In this document: positions 1 through 8,529 of the stretch, piece by piece | Layout of the letters: every line of letters starts with the position of its first letter | How positions within the stretch are numbered: the first letter of the stretch is position 1 | Source of the DNA: Bacteroidota bacterium | GTDB lineage: Bacteria; Bacteroidota; Bacteroidia; Flavobacteriales_D; Sanyastnellaceae | DNA: 30,442 nt | Assembly: GCA_046081505.1 (NCBI GenBank) | Contig: JBJTWB010000275.1 | Coordinates: 1-30,442, forward strand | Direction: 5' to 3' | Position numbers and translations under genes: made by a program | Notes under the pieces: generated by a model | What the model saw: the letters and a program-made list of their open reading frames with translations, nothing else | Databases searched by the model: none | What the model was told of the DNA's origin: nothing

Positions 1-1
1 T

Positions 2-706
2 TGGTTTTGGTGATGGTTGATAATAGAAGGGAAAAAGATAAATGAGTACAACAACAGGCGGAATAAATAACACAAAGAGAAAACGAAACTTTTTCAATAG
101 TATGAGATACGTAATACCACCAATAAGAAAGAAGAGAAGACCACTAATTGTTGCTGTTATGTACAAGAAGAACAGGCTGAGAGTAAGTAAAACGAATGGA
201 ACTAAACGATGGAATTGTTTATCAGATAATGTATGAAAGAACAATACAGATGCAAGTATTGAAAGCCGTATGTGAGAGATAAGGAAAGAGGCTTTCCGTG
301 GATCAGCTAAAGGATAGTGAATTAATCCATAAGCAATAGATGCAATGAGCGAGACTACTACCCCTATCACTAATGCGTTCCAAATGAATTTTGTTTCATT
401 TGTTGTGAATGAATTGGGAGTAGAAAATAAGAATGGTGCTATACAAAATGGTAATATGGTTTTTGCTTCGTTAAAAACAGTTGAGTCGAAATGAAAAGTA
501 GCCGAAACTAGAATTGAAAGGAGAAGAAGAATGAAATATTTTGACTTTGTTAAAGAAGGGTATTTTTTGGTTTTAATAGCAATGGTAATTGTTGCTATAA
601 ACAATAACCCCATGGCGATTGAGGCCCCAACGTTCCAAATGGGAATAAAGAGAGCCCATAAAGCAAGGGTGAGTGAGATTGGGGATAGAGAAAGAATTTT
701 TCTCAT
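2..706 (-). CDS. O-antigen ligase (Wzy_C/WaaL)-like polytopic membrane protein, 3' end beyond window
   Basis: Not in ORF track. Manual translation from ATG at 706 (TAA-ATG abutting the upstream stop) gives 235 open codons to the edge: MRKILSLSPISLTLALWALFIPIW...DPRKASFLISHIRLSILASVL...; many hydrophobic segments. The ISHIRxS motif is one I recognise from Bacteroidota O-antigen-ligase-family proteins. Confidence 0.7.
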   Translation of the reverse strand, partial: MRKILSLSPISLTLALWALFIPIWNVGASIAMGLLFIATITIAIKTKKYPSLTKSKYFILLLLSILVSATFHFDSTVFNEAKTILPFCIAPFLFSTPNSFTTNETKFIWNALVIGVVVSLIASIAYGLIHYPLADPRKASFLISHIRLSILASVLFFHTLSDKQFHRLVPFVLLTLSLFFLYITATISGLLFFLIGGITYLILLKKFRFLFVLFIPPVVVLIYLFPFYYQPSPKP

Positions 707-2380
707 TTATTTTTTATCTGTAGCGACAGAGGATAGGATCGTTGAGTATTGGTTACTTGTCAAAACTTCTGATGATTTTTGAATAAAAAAATCACGATCT
801 AGCGAATATTCCAGTGCTCTTACCTCATGAAAGTACATTTGTATGATTTTTTTTTCTAATTCAGGAAGTATACTTTTTTTATCAACGAGAAGTGTATTGA
901 GAATTGCACCACTTAGAGATTCTTTCAGTTGAGTCAAGGAATTGCTTACCTCTTGGGTAGAAATAGCAGAAAGATCTTCGGTTAACTTTTTATATCCTTC
1001 GAACCATTCAGGAAATATTTTCTCGCCATTTTCCGAAGTTAATTGTGCGAACTCAAGATATTCAGCATCTGAAAGCATAAAGTTCATGGAATCAATGGTT
1101 TCATGCTTCAATCTGTAATTTACACCGAAATTGAAATACGCATAATTCTTGTCAAGAGATTTGAATAAAAGTTGTTTATCTGAAGCGGTTAGTTCAATGT
1201 CGGGTTGAATACCCCGACCATCTTTGACAATTCTACCATTTTTTGTTTTAAAAAGGCTTTCATTGTGCTCTTCAGTTAACTGAGCTTTTCCATTTTGCTT
1301 ATTTCCGTAATCGAGTTTTTGAATGCACCTACCGCTGGGAGTGTAGTATTTGGCTACAGTGATTTTCATTTTTGAATTGTAGCTTAAATCGAGCGTTTGT
1401 TGTACCAAACCCTTTCCAAAAGAGTTGTTACCGATAATAACCGCCCGATCTAAATCTTGAAGAGCCCCGCTAACAACCTCAGATGCTGAAGCCGAGCCCT
1501 CATCTATGAGAACAACGATTGGGATTTGGGTATCTAAAGGTTCGTTCGATGCTGTGTAAACTTGTTCCCATTCATTAGCCTTACCTCTTGTCTTGGTTAT
1601 GACTGTTCCTTTCGGAACAAAGAAGTTTACTATGTTCACCGCCTCCATTAATAGACCACCACCATTTCCTCTTAAATCGAGTATAAGTTGTGTAGCTCCC
1701 GCGCCTTTTAACTTTCTAAAGGCAGTGGCCACCTCATTTGATGCGGTTTGTGTAAAACCATCAAGTTTAATATAACCCGTGGTAGATCCAATGATTTTAG
1801 ACAAGGGTACATCAGGGTTTTTTATTGATTCTCTCGTAAGTGTTATTTGCTCTGGAGTATCTTTACCTAATTTCTTTACTGTTATTGTTAATTGAGAGCC
1901 AGGCGCCCCGGTTATTCCGTCTTCGAGTTTATCTAAATCTACACCTTGAATACTTTTGTTTCCAATATGTGTAATGATATCACCAGCCCTCAATCCAGCC
2001 TTGTCTGCAGGAAAACCTTTAAAAACTTCTAGCACGGTATTTTCATTATTAACAAGACTTATTCTACTTCCAATTCCGCCATATTTTCCCGTTTGTAAAT
2101 AAAAAGCATCTTCAATTTTAGATTCAGGATAGTATACTGTGTAAGGATCGAGGTTCCTTAACATGGCCTGTATTGCTTCAGTAATAACACTACCTGGGGT
2201 TGTATTTTCAACGTAGAGCTGATCAACTTGCTTGTATGCATCAATGAATATTTCAAGCTGTTTATTTATTTCGAAATAATCAGAGGTGGGCTGGGCTTTT
2301 AAAGCTAGGCCTTGGAACATGAAAACGGATAGAATGACACAAATTGCAATTCTATTTAGGCTGGAAATATTGAAGAACAT
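707..2380 (-). CDS. S41A carboxyl-terminal processing protease (CtpA/Prc-like), signal peptide + PDZ + protease domain
   Basis: 557 aa; N-terminal hydrophobic signal, GIG-type PDZ start (YGGIG), DLRGNGGG, catalytic SASASE and FGKGLVQ motifs. Confidence 0.95.
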   Translation of the reverse strand: MFFNISSLNRIAICVILSVFMFQGLALKAQPTSDYFEINKQLEIFIDAYKQVDQLYVENTTPGSVITEAIQAMLRNLDPYTVYYPESKIEDAFYLQTGKYGGIGSRISLVNNENTVLEVFKGFPADKAGLRAGDIITHIGNKSIQGVDLDKLEDGITGAPGSQLTITVKKLGKDTPEQITLTRESIKNPDVPLSKIIGSTTGYIKLDGFTQTASNEVATAFRKLKGAGATQLILDLRGNGGGLLMEAVNIVNFFVPKGTVITKTRGKANEWEQVYTASNEPLDTQIPIVVLIDEGSASASEVVSGALQDLDRAVIIGNNSFGKGLVQQTLDLSYNSKMKITVAKYYTPSGRCIQKLDYGNKQNGKAQLTEEHNESLFKTKNGRIVKDGRGIQPDIELTASDKQLLFKSLDKNYAYFNFGVNYRLKHETIDSMNFMLSDAEYLEFAQLTSENGEKIFPEWFEGYKKLTEDLSAISTQEVSNSLTQLKESLSGAILNTLLVDKKSILPELEKKIIQMYFHEVRALEYSLDRDFFIQKSSEVLTSNQYSTILSSVATDKK

Positions 2381-2756
2381 CTTGAATTAAGATTTGTGTT
2401 TTTTGATTGATATATGCTTGGTTAGGTAGGGTCTTACCGGTAAATATAAAGGCTAACGAAATTTGAAGCTGCTTGTTGCTTGCCAATTCTATAATGGGAA
2501 ACTTTTGATGTCGATATGCTTCGCGAAATAGGCGTTTTATTCTATTTCTGTCGTGGGCTCTTTTGTATTTCTTTTTTGGAGCGGTGAACATGGCTTTTAC
2601 ATCAGCAGTACCAGGCTCTGCATGGGCAAGCACAATAATAGCGGGAGCTTTGAAAGCCACCCCTTTTTCATACAAAACCTCTATTGCCTTTTTTTTCTTG
2701 AGGCGTTCAGTTTTCTTTAATGAATGACCAAGACCACTATTTGAAGAACTGCTCAT
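2352..2756 (-). CDS. rnpA: Ribonuclease P protein component
   Basis: Basic 134 aa; KTERLKKKK N-terminus and KKKYKRAHDRNRIKRLFRE (RNR motif); overlaps both neighbours. Confidence 0.93.
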   Translation of the reverse strand: MSSSSNSGLGHSLKKTERLKKKKAIEVLYEKGVAFKAPAIIVLAHAEPGTADVKAMFTAPKKKYKRAHDRNRIKRLFREAYRHQKFPIIELASNKQLQISLAFIFTGKTLPNQAYINQKTQILIQDVLQYFQPK

Positions 2757-4365
2757 AATTCTCTAGCGCATTAATGGCAGAGGAGACGTCGCGATCAGAC
2801 GTGTTAATAAATTCAATCATTGCCTTTTCACCGTATATAGAACGGGTTATCTGAGCTTTCATTCTCTCAGAAACAAGCATCTTTATTTTGTTTTTTTCGT
2901 TTTGACCAACAGTAATATTTTGTAGTTCTGCAGCTGTAAAAACCTCTTGTATCAAACCTTCCGGAACACTGTATTTCAGCATGAAGTCATTTGAGCCAGA
3001 GAATTTATTTGTAATGCTTTTGTTGTGATCCAAATAATCGAAGCCAACATTTCGAATGATTCCGAAGTTTACAATTTGCGCAAAGTTGTATGAGCTTTTT
3101 GTTGAATCATATGGAGCGAAAACATCTGGAATAATACCACCCCCTCCGTAAACAGCTCTTCCTTTAGGGGTAAGTTTTTTCATGGAGTCATTTTTTACAA
3201 TTTGTGACTCGTTATACATTTCACCTGAATTCCACCTGTTACTTGTTTCTTGATGATATAACTCCTTTTGATCATAAGGCTTTTGTATGCATCTTCCAGT
3301 AGGTGTATAATATCGGGCCGTTGTAAGTCGAATGGCGCTATTGTCGGGCAAAAGAACTTCATTTTGAACCAACCCCTTACCGAAAGATCGTCTTCCTACA
3401 ATGAGGGCGCGATCCCAATCTTGAAGTGCCCCGGCTAATATTTCACTTGCAGAGGCGCTATTTTCATCAATTAACACCGCCAATTTCATATCAACGAATT
3501 CACCTCTTTTTTGAGTCACATAATCTTTTCTTGGAGAATGTAAGCCTTCGGTATACACCATGAGTTGGCCAGCCTCTAAAAACTCTTCGGTAATTGCAGT
3601 TGATTGTTCTAAAAGCCCTCCGCCATTGTCACGAAGGTCTATGATGAGAGAGGTGCACCCATCATATCTGAGATTACGAACGGCAGATACAAACTCGTTG
3701 TGGGTATTTTGACCAAAGCGCTCAAGTTTTAAATACCCAATACCCGAGTTTATTGCATAAGATGCAGTAACGCTTGGAAGAGGAAGGGCTCCTCGCTGAA
3801 CGGCAATTCGTAATGTCTCTTTTTTTCTTTTGATGTCGAGATCAACCGTGGTTCCGGATTTTCCCTTCAGCAGCTTCATTACAGATTCATTGGTTAAACC
3901 AATATGAGCAATGTTTTTTCCATCGACCTGTACTATGCGATCTCCAGCCTGCAGCCCAGCTTGCATGGAGGGTCCATTTTCAATAACCCGGTTTACCATA
4001 AGCGTATCTCGAAGTATGATAAACTCAATTCCAATGCCGTCATATGAACCATTTAATTCTTCTTGTGCTTGAGCATATTGTTCAGGCGTAAAGTAGCTAC
4101 TATGAGGGTCTAGTCTATTTAATATAGCCGCAATAGCATCGTCAATTATGAGTTTTTTATCGACGCTATCAACGTAATTTTCCTCAATGAAATCAATTAA
4201 GCTAACAAGTTTGTTTGGGTTGTCTTCAGCGCCGATTTTAATACTGAACAAATTCTTATCGGCTAAAAATATTCCAATTAGAATTCCAAAAATAAGTACC
4301 GCAGCATAGTAAAAAGGCTGAAACGGAGACTTCCCAGATTTGATATTATCTATATCTTCTGTCAT
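2737..4365 (-). CDS. Second S41A carboxyl-terminal protease, N-terminal membrane anchor
   Basis: 542 aa; TM segment YYAAVLIFGILIGIFL, YDGIGIEF PDZ, DLRDNGGG, SASASE, FGKGLVQ; ATGA overlap with upstream gene. Confidence 0.95.
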   Translation of the reverse strand: MTEDIDNIKSGKSPFQPFYYAAVLIFGILIGIFLADKNLFSIKIGAEDNPNKLVSLIDFIEENYVDSVDKKLIIDDAIAAILNRLDPHSSYFTPEQYAQAQEELNGSYDGIGIEFIILRDTLMVNRVIENGPSMQAGLQAGDRIVQVDGKNIAHIGLTNESVMKLLKGKSGTTVDLDIKRKKETLRIAVQRGALPLPSVTASYAINSGIGYLKLERFGQNTHNEFVSAVRNLRYDGCTSLIIDLRDNGGGLLEQSTAITEEFLEAGQLMVYTEGLHSPRKDYVTQKRGEFVDMKLAVLIDENSASASEILAGALQDWDRALIVGRRSFGKGLVQNEVLLPDNSAIRLTTARYYTPTGRCIQKPYDQKELYHQETSNRWNSGEMYNESQIVKNDSMKKLTPKGRAVYGGGGIIPDVFAPYDSTKSSYNFAQIVNFGIIRNVGFDYLDHNKSITNKFSGSNDFMLKYSVPEGLIQEVFTAAELQNITVGQNEKNKIKMLVSERMKAQITRSIYGEKAMIEFINTSDRDVSSAINALENYEQFFK

Positions 4366-4802
4366 TGGTAAATTGGATTTCGTTGTACCACCTCAACACC
4401 AGCATTTTGAAGAAAATCAATGGCTGTTCTGTCTTTATATGCATCTACATAAACCATTCGTTTAATTCCAGCTTGAAGAATGAGTTTACAACAGTCTTTA
4501 CACGGGCTTAAGGTAATGTAAAGGGTTGAGCCGAGCGCATTATTTGTTGATTTTGCCACTTTTAAGATGGCATTAGCCTCTGCATGTAACACATACCAAT
4601 GGGTTTCACCCTGCTCATTTTCGCAACAGTTCGGAAAACCACTTGGGGTTCCATTGTAGCCATCTGAAATAATGACTCCATCCTTGACTAAAAGTGCTCC
4701 AACCTGCTTTCGAGAACAGTGGGAAAGTTTCGCCCACTCTGTGGCCATTCGCAAATACGCAAGGTCATAGCGAAGTTGTTTTTCTTCAGAAACAGAGGGC
4801 AT
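4362..4802 (-). CDS. dCMP deaminase / ComEB-family zinc deaminase
   Basis: HAEAN and PCKDC zinc motifs, GYNGTPSG signature. Confidence 0.92.
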   Translation of the reverse strand: MPSVSEEKQLRYDLAYLRMATEWAKLSHCSRKQVGALLVKDGVIISDGYNGTPSGFPNCCENEQGETHWYVLHAEANAILKVAKSTNNALGSTLYITLSPCKDCCKLILQAGIKRMVYVDAYKDRTAIDFLQNAGVEVVQRNPIYQ

Positions 4803-4814
4803 TAACGAAGTGTA

Positions 4815-5036
4815 TTAATATTCGTCTTCGTTAAAAAAGAAGTCTTCTTTGGTGGGATAATCTGGCCAAATGTCTTCAATGCTTTCGAAAACCTCTTCAT
4901 CGTCTTCAATTTGTTGAAGATTTTCAACTACTTCAAGAGGAGCACCGGCACGCATGGCATAGTCAATTAACTCCTCTTTCGTTGCGGGCCATGGGGCGTC
5001 TTCTAAATATGATGCTAATTCTAAGGTCCAGTACAT
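4815..5036 (-). CDS. DUF2795-family small acidic protein
   Basis: MYWTLELASYLEDAPWPATKEELIDYA... matches the conserved DUF2795 sequence as I recall it; has its own upstream promoter motif. Confidence 0.85.
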   Translation of the reverse strand: MYWTLELASYLEDAPWPATKEELIDYAMRAGAPLEVVENLQQIEDDEEVFESIEDIWPDYPTKEDFFFNEDEY

Positions 5037-5064
5037 AGTAATTCGTATAAGTTCTATTCTTACG

Positions 5065-5094
5065 CGAAAATAACATTTTTAGAATACGAAGCAA
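5065..5094 (-). promoter_or_regulatory. Bacteroidota sigma70 promoter for the DUF2795 operon (TTG-N19-TATTTTCG)
   Basis: Minus strand TTG (5094-5092), 19 nt spacer, TATTTTCG(C) (5072-5065); consensus TTG-N19-21-TAnnTTTG with T>C variant. Confidence 0.7.
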
Positions 5095-5108
5095 GTATTA
5101 AATGCGGT

Positions 5109-6149
5109 CTATTCGGAAATGTTTGTGTTTACCTCTTGAATTGGAAATCTGCCTTTTTTGAAAACGTTTCGATTTACAGGTTTGTCTTTCCGAATTTTTC
5201 GTTGCTCTTCAATGGGAAGATGAGTAATTTCCTTACACGCATTTGAACAGCAATTTTCAAATTGTTCTTTGCATTTCGGACATTGAATGAATAAAATATG
5301 ACAAGCTAGATTCGCGCAATTGGTGTGTAAGTCAAAAGGGTCACCACACTGATGACAATGGGCAATGACCTCTTCAGAAACACGCTCTGCTAGGCGCTCA
5401 TCAAAAACAAAATTAACTCCCCTGAATTTATTTTCCAGATGATTCGCCTTGATGTCGCGGGCGTATTTGATGATGCCACCTTCTAAATGATAGACGTTGT
5501 CAAACCCTTTATGTTTCATGAAAGCGGTAGCCTTTTCGCATCGAATTCCCCCCGTGCAATACATAAGTACGTTCTTGTCTTTATCCTTTTCAAGGATTTC
5601 TTCAACCACCCTTAACTCTTCTCGAAACGTATCAACATCGGGCATGAGCGCTCCTTGAAAATGCCCTACCTCACTTTCGTAATGGTTACGCATATCTACT
5701 ACCACGGTGTTGGGGTCTCTCATTTTTTCATTCCACTCTTCCGCCGTTAAATACTTTCCGGTATTTGAGGGGTTGAATGTTGGGTCGTCAATGCCATCAG
5801 CAACAATTTTGTTTCTCACTTTTACTTTTAGGGCGAAAAATGATTTTCCGTGTTCCACAGCAGTGTTTAAGCGAACACCGTTCAGAAAGGGTATAGCGTA
5901 TAACTGTTCTACGAATGTGTTGAATTGACTTGAGGGTATGGAAATTTGTGCATTTATTCCTTCACTAGCAATATAAGTTCTTCCCAAGACCCCTATTTCA
6001 GACCACGCGGCATAAAGTGCGTCTCTGAAGAGTTGTGGCTCTGAGATGGAGTGGTATTTATAGAAGGAAATTGTTGTTCGCTCTACATTTTCTTCGAGCA
6101 TGCGTTGACGCAGAATGCGCTTATCAATGGTATTATGCAGTTTATTCAT
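5109..6149 (-). CDS. trhO: Rhodanese-related tRNA uridine(34) hydroxylase (TrhO/YceA family)
   Basis: 346 aa; GRTYIASEGINAQ, DMRNHYESEVGHF, YCTGGIRCEKA rhodanese loop, Cys-rich C-terminus. Confidence 0.9.
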   Translation of the reverse strand: MNKLHNTIDKRILRQRMLEENVERTTISFYKYHSISEPQLFRDALYAAWSEIGVLGRTYIASEGINAQISIPSSQFNTFVEQLYAIPFLNGVRLNTAVEHGKSFFALKVKVRNKIVADGIDDPTFNPSNTGKYLTAEEWNEKMRDPNTVVVDMRNHYESEVGHFQGALMPDVDTFREELRVVEEILEKDKDKNVLMYCTGGIRCEKATAFMKHKGFDNVYHLEGGIIKYARDIKANHLENKFRGVNFVFDERLAERVSEEVIAHCHQCGDPFDLHTNCANLACHILFIQCPKCKEQFENCCSNACKEITHLPIEEQRKIRKDKPVNRNVFKKGRFPIQEVNTNISE

Positions 6150-6178
6150 CTGAACAAGTGTATATTATTCGAGAGCTG

Positions 6179-6210
6179 CAAATTTATTAATTAGACCATT
6201 ACAAGCGCAA
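6179..6210 (-). promoter_or_regulatory. Bacteroidota sigma70 promoter for trhO (TTG-N21-TAAATTTG)
   Basis: Minus strand TAAATTTGCAGC at 6186-6175, TTG at 6210-6208; overlaps dusB 3' end. Confidence 0.72.
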
Positions 6211-7168
6211 TTTCTTTTAATTTTTCTCGGATGAATTGGGGATCTGGGCTAGTTACCAAATCCATGCGAAATGGTTTGAAATGAGGAATACCTTTGAAGT
6301 AATTGGTGTAATGCCTGCGCATTTCAAGAACTCCTAAAACAGGCCCTTTCCATTGTATAGAAAATTCAAAATGTTTTAAACAAGCCTCAACACGTTCATG
6401 AATGGTAGGGGGCGGTAAAAGTTCTTTGGTGTTGAAATAGTGTTTAATTTCTCTGAAGATCCAGGGATATCCGATGCTTGCCCTACCAACCATTATTCCA
6501 TCAACCCCAAACCGCTCTTTATATTCCCATGCTTTTTCCGGAGAATCGATATCTCCATTTCCAAAAATGGGAATATGTATTCGAGGGTTGTCTTTTACGC
6601 GTCTAATTAGCTCCCAATTGGCTTCACCCTTATACATCTGAACGCGGGTTCTGCCGTGTATTGTCAGCGCTTGAATGCCTATATCTTGCAGCCTTTCAGC
6701 CACATCTTCAATGTTCTTTGAACCCTCATCCCAACCCAAACGGGTTTTAACTGTAACAGGAAGTTTTGTTGCCTTCACCACAGCCTCGGTCATACTGACC
6801 ATTTTTGGAATATTCTGCAAAATTCCTGCACCTGCACCCCTGCAAGTCACTTTTGAAACTGGACATCCATAGTTAATGTCAAGAAGATTGGGTTGAACAG
6901 ACTCAATAATCTCCGCTGAGCGGACCATTGATTCAATCTCACTTCCAAAAATCTGCACGCCAATTGGTCTTTCATATTCGAAAATGTCAAGTTTTTTTTT
7001 GCTCTTAATAGCATCGCGAATTAACCCCTCACTACTAATAAACTCGGTGTACATGAGATCTACCCCCTGTTCTTTACATACCAGTCTGAAAGGTGGATCA
7101 CTCACATCTTCCATTGGGGCTAAAAGCAACGGAAAGTCGGGAAGCTCAATGTCTCCAATTTTAATCAA
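6191..7168 (-). CDS. dusB: tRNA-dihydrouridine synthase B
   Basis: LLLAPMEDVSD, DINYGCPV, TVKTRLGW, IHGRT, FGNGDI motifs; TTG start. Confidence 0.93.
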   Translation of the reverse strand: MIKIGDIELPDFPLLLAPMEDVSDPPFRLVCKEQGVDLMYTEFISSEGLIRDAIKSKKKLDIFEYERPIGVQIFGSEIESMVRSAEIIESVQPNLLDINYGCPVSKVTCRGAGAGILQNIPKMVSMTEAVVKATKLPVTVKTRLGWDEGSKNIEDVAERLQDIGIQALTIHGRTRVQMYKGEANWELIRRVKDNPRIHIPIFGNGDIDSPEKAWEYKERFGVDGIMVGRASIGYPWIFREIKHYFNTKELLPPPTIHERVEACLKHFEFSIQWKGPVLGVLEMRRHYTNYFKGIPHFKPFRMDLVTSPDPQFIREKLKEIALVMV

Positions 7169-7180
7169 AGCGAAGTTGAA

Positions 7181-7744
7181 TTAAATGGTCATGATGTCCT
7201 TGTCTTTTGCAGCAAGAACCTCATCAACTTTTTTATTGAAGCGATCTGTTAACTCTTGAACTTTTGTTTCTCCAGATTTTGCTTCATCTTCTGGTAAACC
7301 ATCTTTTTGAGCCTGTTTTAGGAAGTCAATCGCCGCTTTTCGAGAGTTACGAATTCCAACTCGTGCGTGCTCTCCTTCTGCGTGTGAACGCTTTGAAAGT
7401 TCTTTTCTTCTCTCTTCGGTTAGCATGGGCACGGCAATCATAATAACGTCTCCGTTATTTTGAGGATTTAAGCCCAAGTTTGCCTCCATTATGCCCTTAG
7501 AAATAGAGTCTAACATTCCCTTTTCCCAAGGTTGAACGGTTAATGTTCTTGCGTCAGGCGTGGTAATGTTGGCAACATTTTTAAGAGGGGTAAGACTTCC
7601 GTAATAATCTACACGAACACCTTCCAGCATAGCAGGTGTTGCCTTTCCGGCTCTAATTTTATTCAATTCAAATTCAAGGTGCTCAATGCTTTTATTCATG
7701 GCATCTTGTGCCTCATCTAAAGCCATTTTAACTTCGTCAGACAT
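7181..7744 (-). CDS. frr: Ribosome recycling factor
   Basis: KIRAGKATPAML, VDYYGS, PMLTEERRKEL; follows pyrH. Confidence 0.97.
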   Translation of the reverse strand: MSDEVKMALDEAQDAMNKSIEHLEFELNKIRAGKATPAMLEGVRVDYYGSLTPLKNVANITTPDARTLTVQPWEKGMLDSISKGIMEANLGLNPQNNGDVIMIAVPMLTEERRKELSKRSHAEGEHARVGIRNSRKAAIDFLKQAQKDGLPEDEAKSGETKVQELTDRFNKKVDEVLAAKDKDIMTI

Positions 7745-7756
7745 ATTTATTTTTGT

Positions 7757-8464
7757 TTAAAATTCTACTTTTGTTCCTACTGCATCACCCTGAACCAATC
7801 GCATTAAATTTCCCGACTTATTCATGTCAAAAACAATGATGGGCAGTTTATTTTCATTGCAAAGGGTAAATGCGGTCATGTCCATAACATTCAACCCTTT
7901 TTCAAATACTTCAGAAAAAGTAACAACATCATATTTTTCTGCAGAAGGATTTTTCTCTGGATCTGCGGTATAGATTCCATCAACTCGAGTTCCCTTGAGA
8001 ACAACGTCTGCCTCAATTTCAATGGCCCGCAATGAAGCTGCTGTATCCGTTGTGAAAAAAGGATTACCCGTACCCGAACCGAAAATAACCACGCGATTTT
8101 TTTCAAGATGGCGAACAGCTTTGCGTTTAATAAAAGGTTCACAAATCTGTTTCATCTCAATAGCACTTTGAAGTCGTGTGGGAACTTCAACGCTTTCAAG
8201 CGCACTTTGTAACGCCATGCTGTTAATCATGGTTGCAAGCATGCCCATATAATCACCTTGCGTTCTCTCCATTCCACCTTGTTCTGCTTGAACCCCACGG
8301 AAGATGTTTCCACCACCAATGACAATTGCTATTTCAACCCCCTTTTCCCAAACAGCTTTAATTTCTTGTGCGTACTGCATAATGCGCACATTGTCTATTC
8401 CGAACTGTTTGTCGCCCATTAAGGCCTCACCACTTAATTTGAGAAGAATGCGTTGGTATTTCAT
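7757..8464 (-). CDS. pyrH: Uridylate kinase
   Basis: [39 protein letters not shown]. Confidence 0.97.
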   Translation of the reverse strand: MKYQRILLKLSGEALMGDKQFGIDNVRIMQYAQEIKAVWEKGVEIAIVIGGGNIFRGVQAEQGGMERTQGDYMGMLATMINSMALQSALESVEVPTRLQSAIEMKQICEPFIKRKAVRHLEKNRVVIFGSGTGNPFFTTDTAASLRAIEIEADVVLKGTRVDGIYTADPEKNPSAEKYDVVTFSEVFEKGLNVMDMTAFTLCNENKLPIIVFDMNKSGNLMRLVQGDAVGTKVEF

Positions 8465-8470
8465 ACTTCG

Positions 8471-8478
8471 CGAAGTTA
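8471..8478 (-). promoter_or_regulatory. -7 promoter element (TAACTTCG) for pyrH-frr-dusB
   Basis: Minus-strand TAACTTCGC, 6 nt before the pyrH ATG; lies partly in a 12-bp palindrome. Confidence 0.55.
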
Positions 8479-8501
8479 GTGAATTAGGTCATTCTGCACC
8501 C

Positions 8502-8509
8502 TATCTTCG
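8502..8509 (+). promoter_or_regulatory. -7 promoter element (TATCTTCG) for leuS
   Basis: TATCTTCGC 20 nt upstream of the leuS ATG in a 65-bp divergent intergenic region. Confidence 0.6.
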
Positions 8510-8529
8510 CATACGATTCTACACGATTT

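Noticed and set aside
42-782. Plus-strand track ORFs 42..236 and 531..782
   Set aside because: Shadow ORFs antisense to the 2..706 membrane protein and the S41 protease; no recognisable motifs
5083-5099. AATAC-N7-GTATT hairpin after trhO as terminator
   Set aside because: Only 5 AT-rich pairs and it overlaps the DUF2795 promoter
7181-8464. pyrH-frr detached from rpsB-tsf
   Set aside because: As far as I know this split is usual in Bacteroidota
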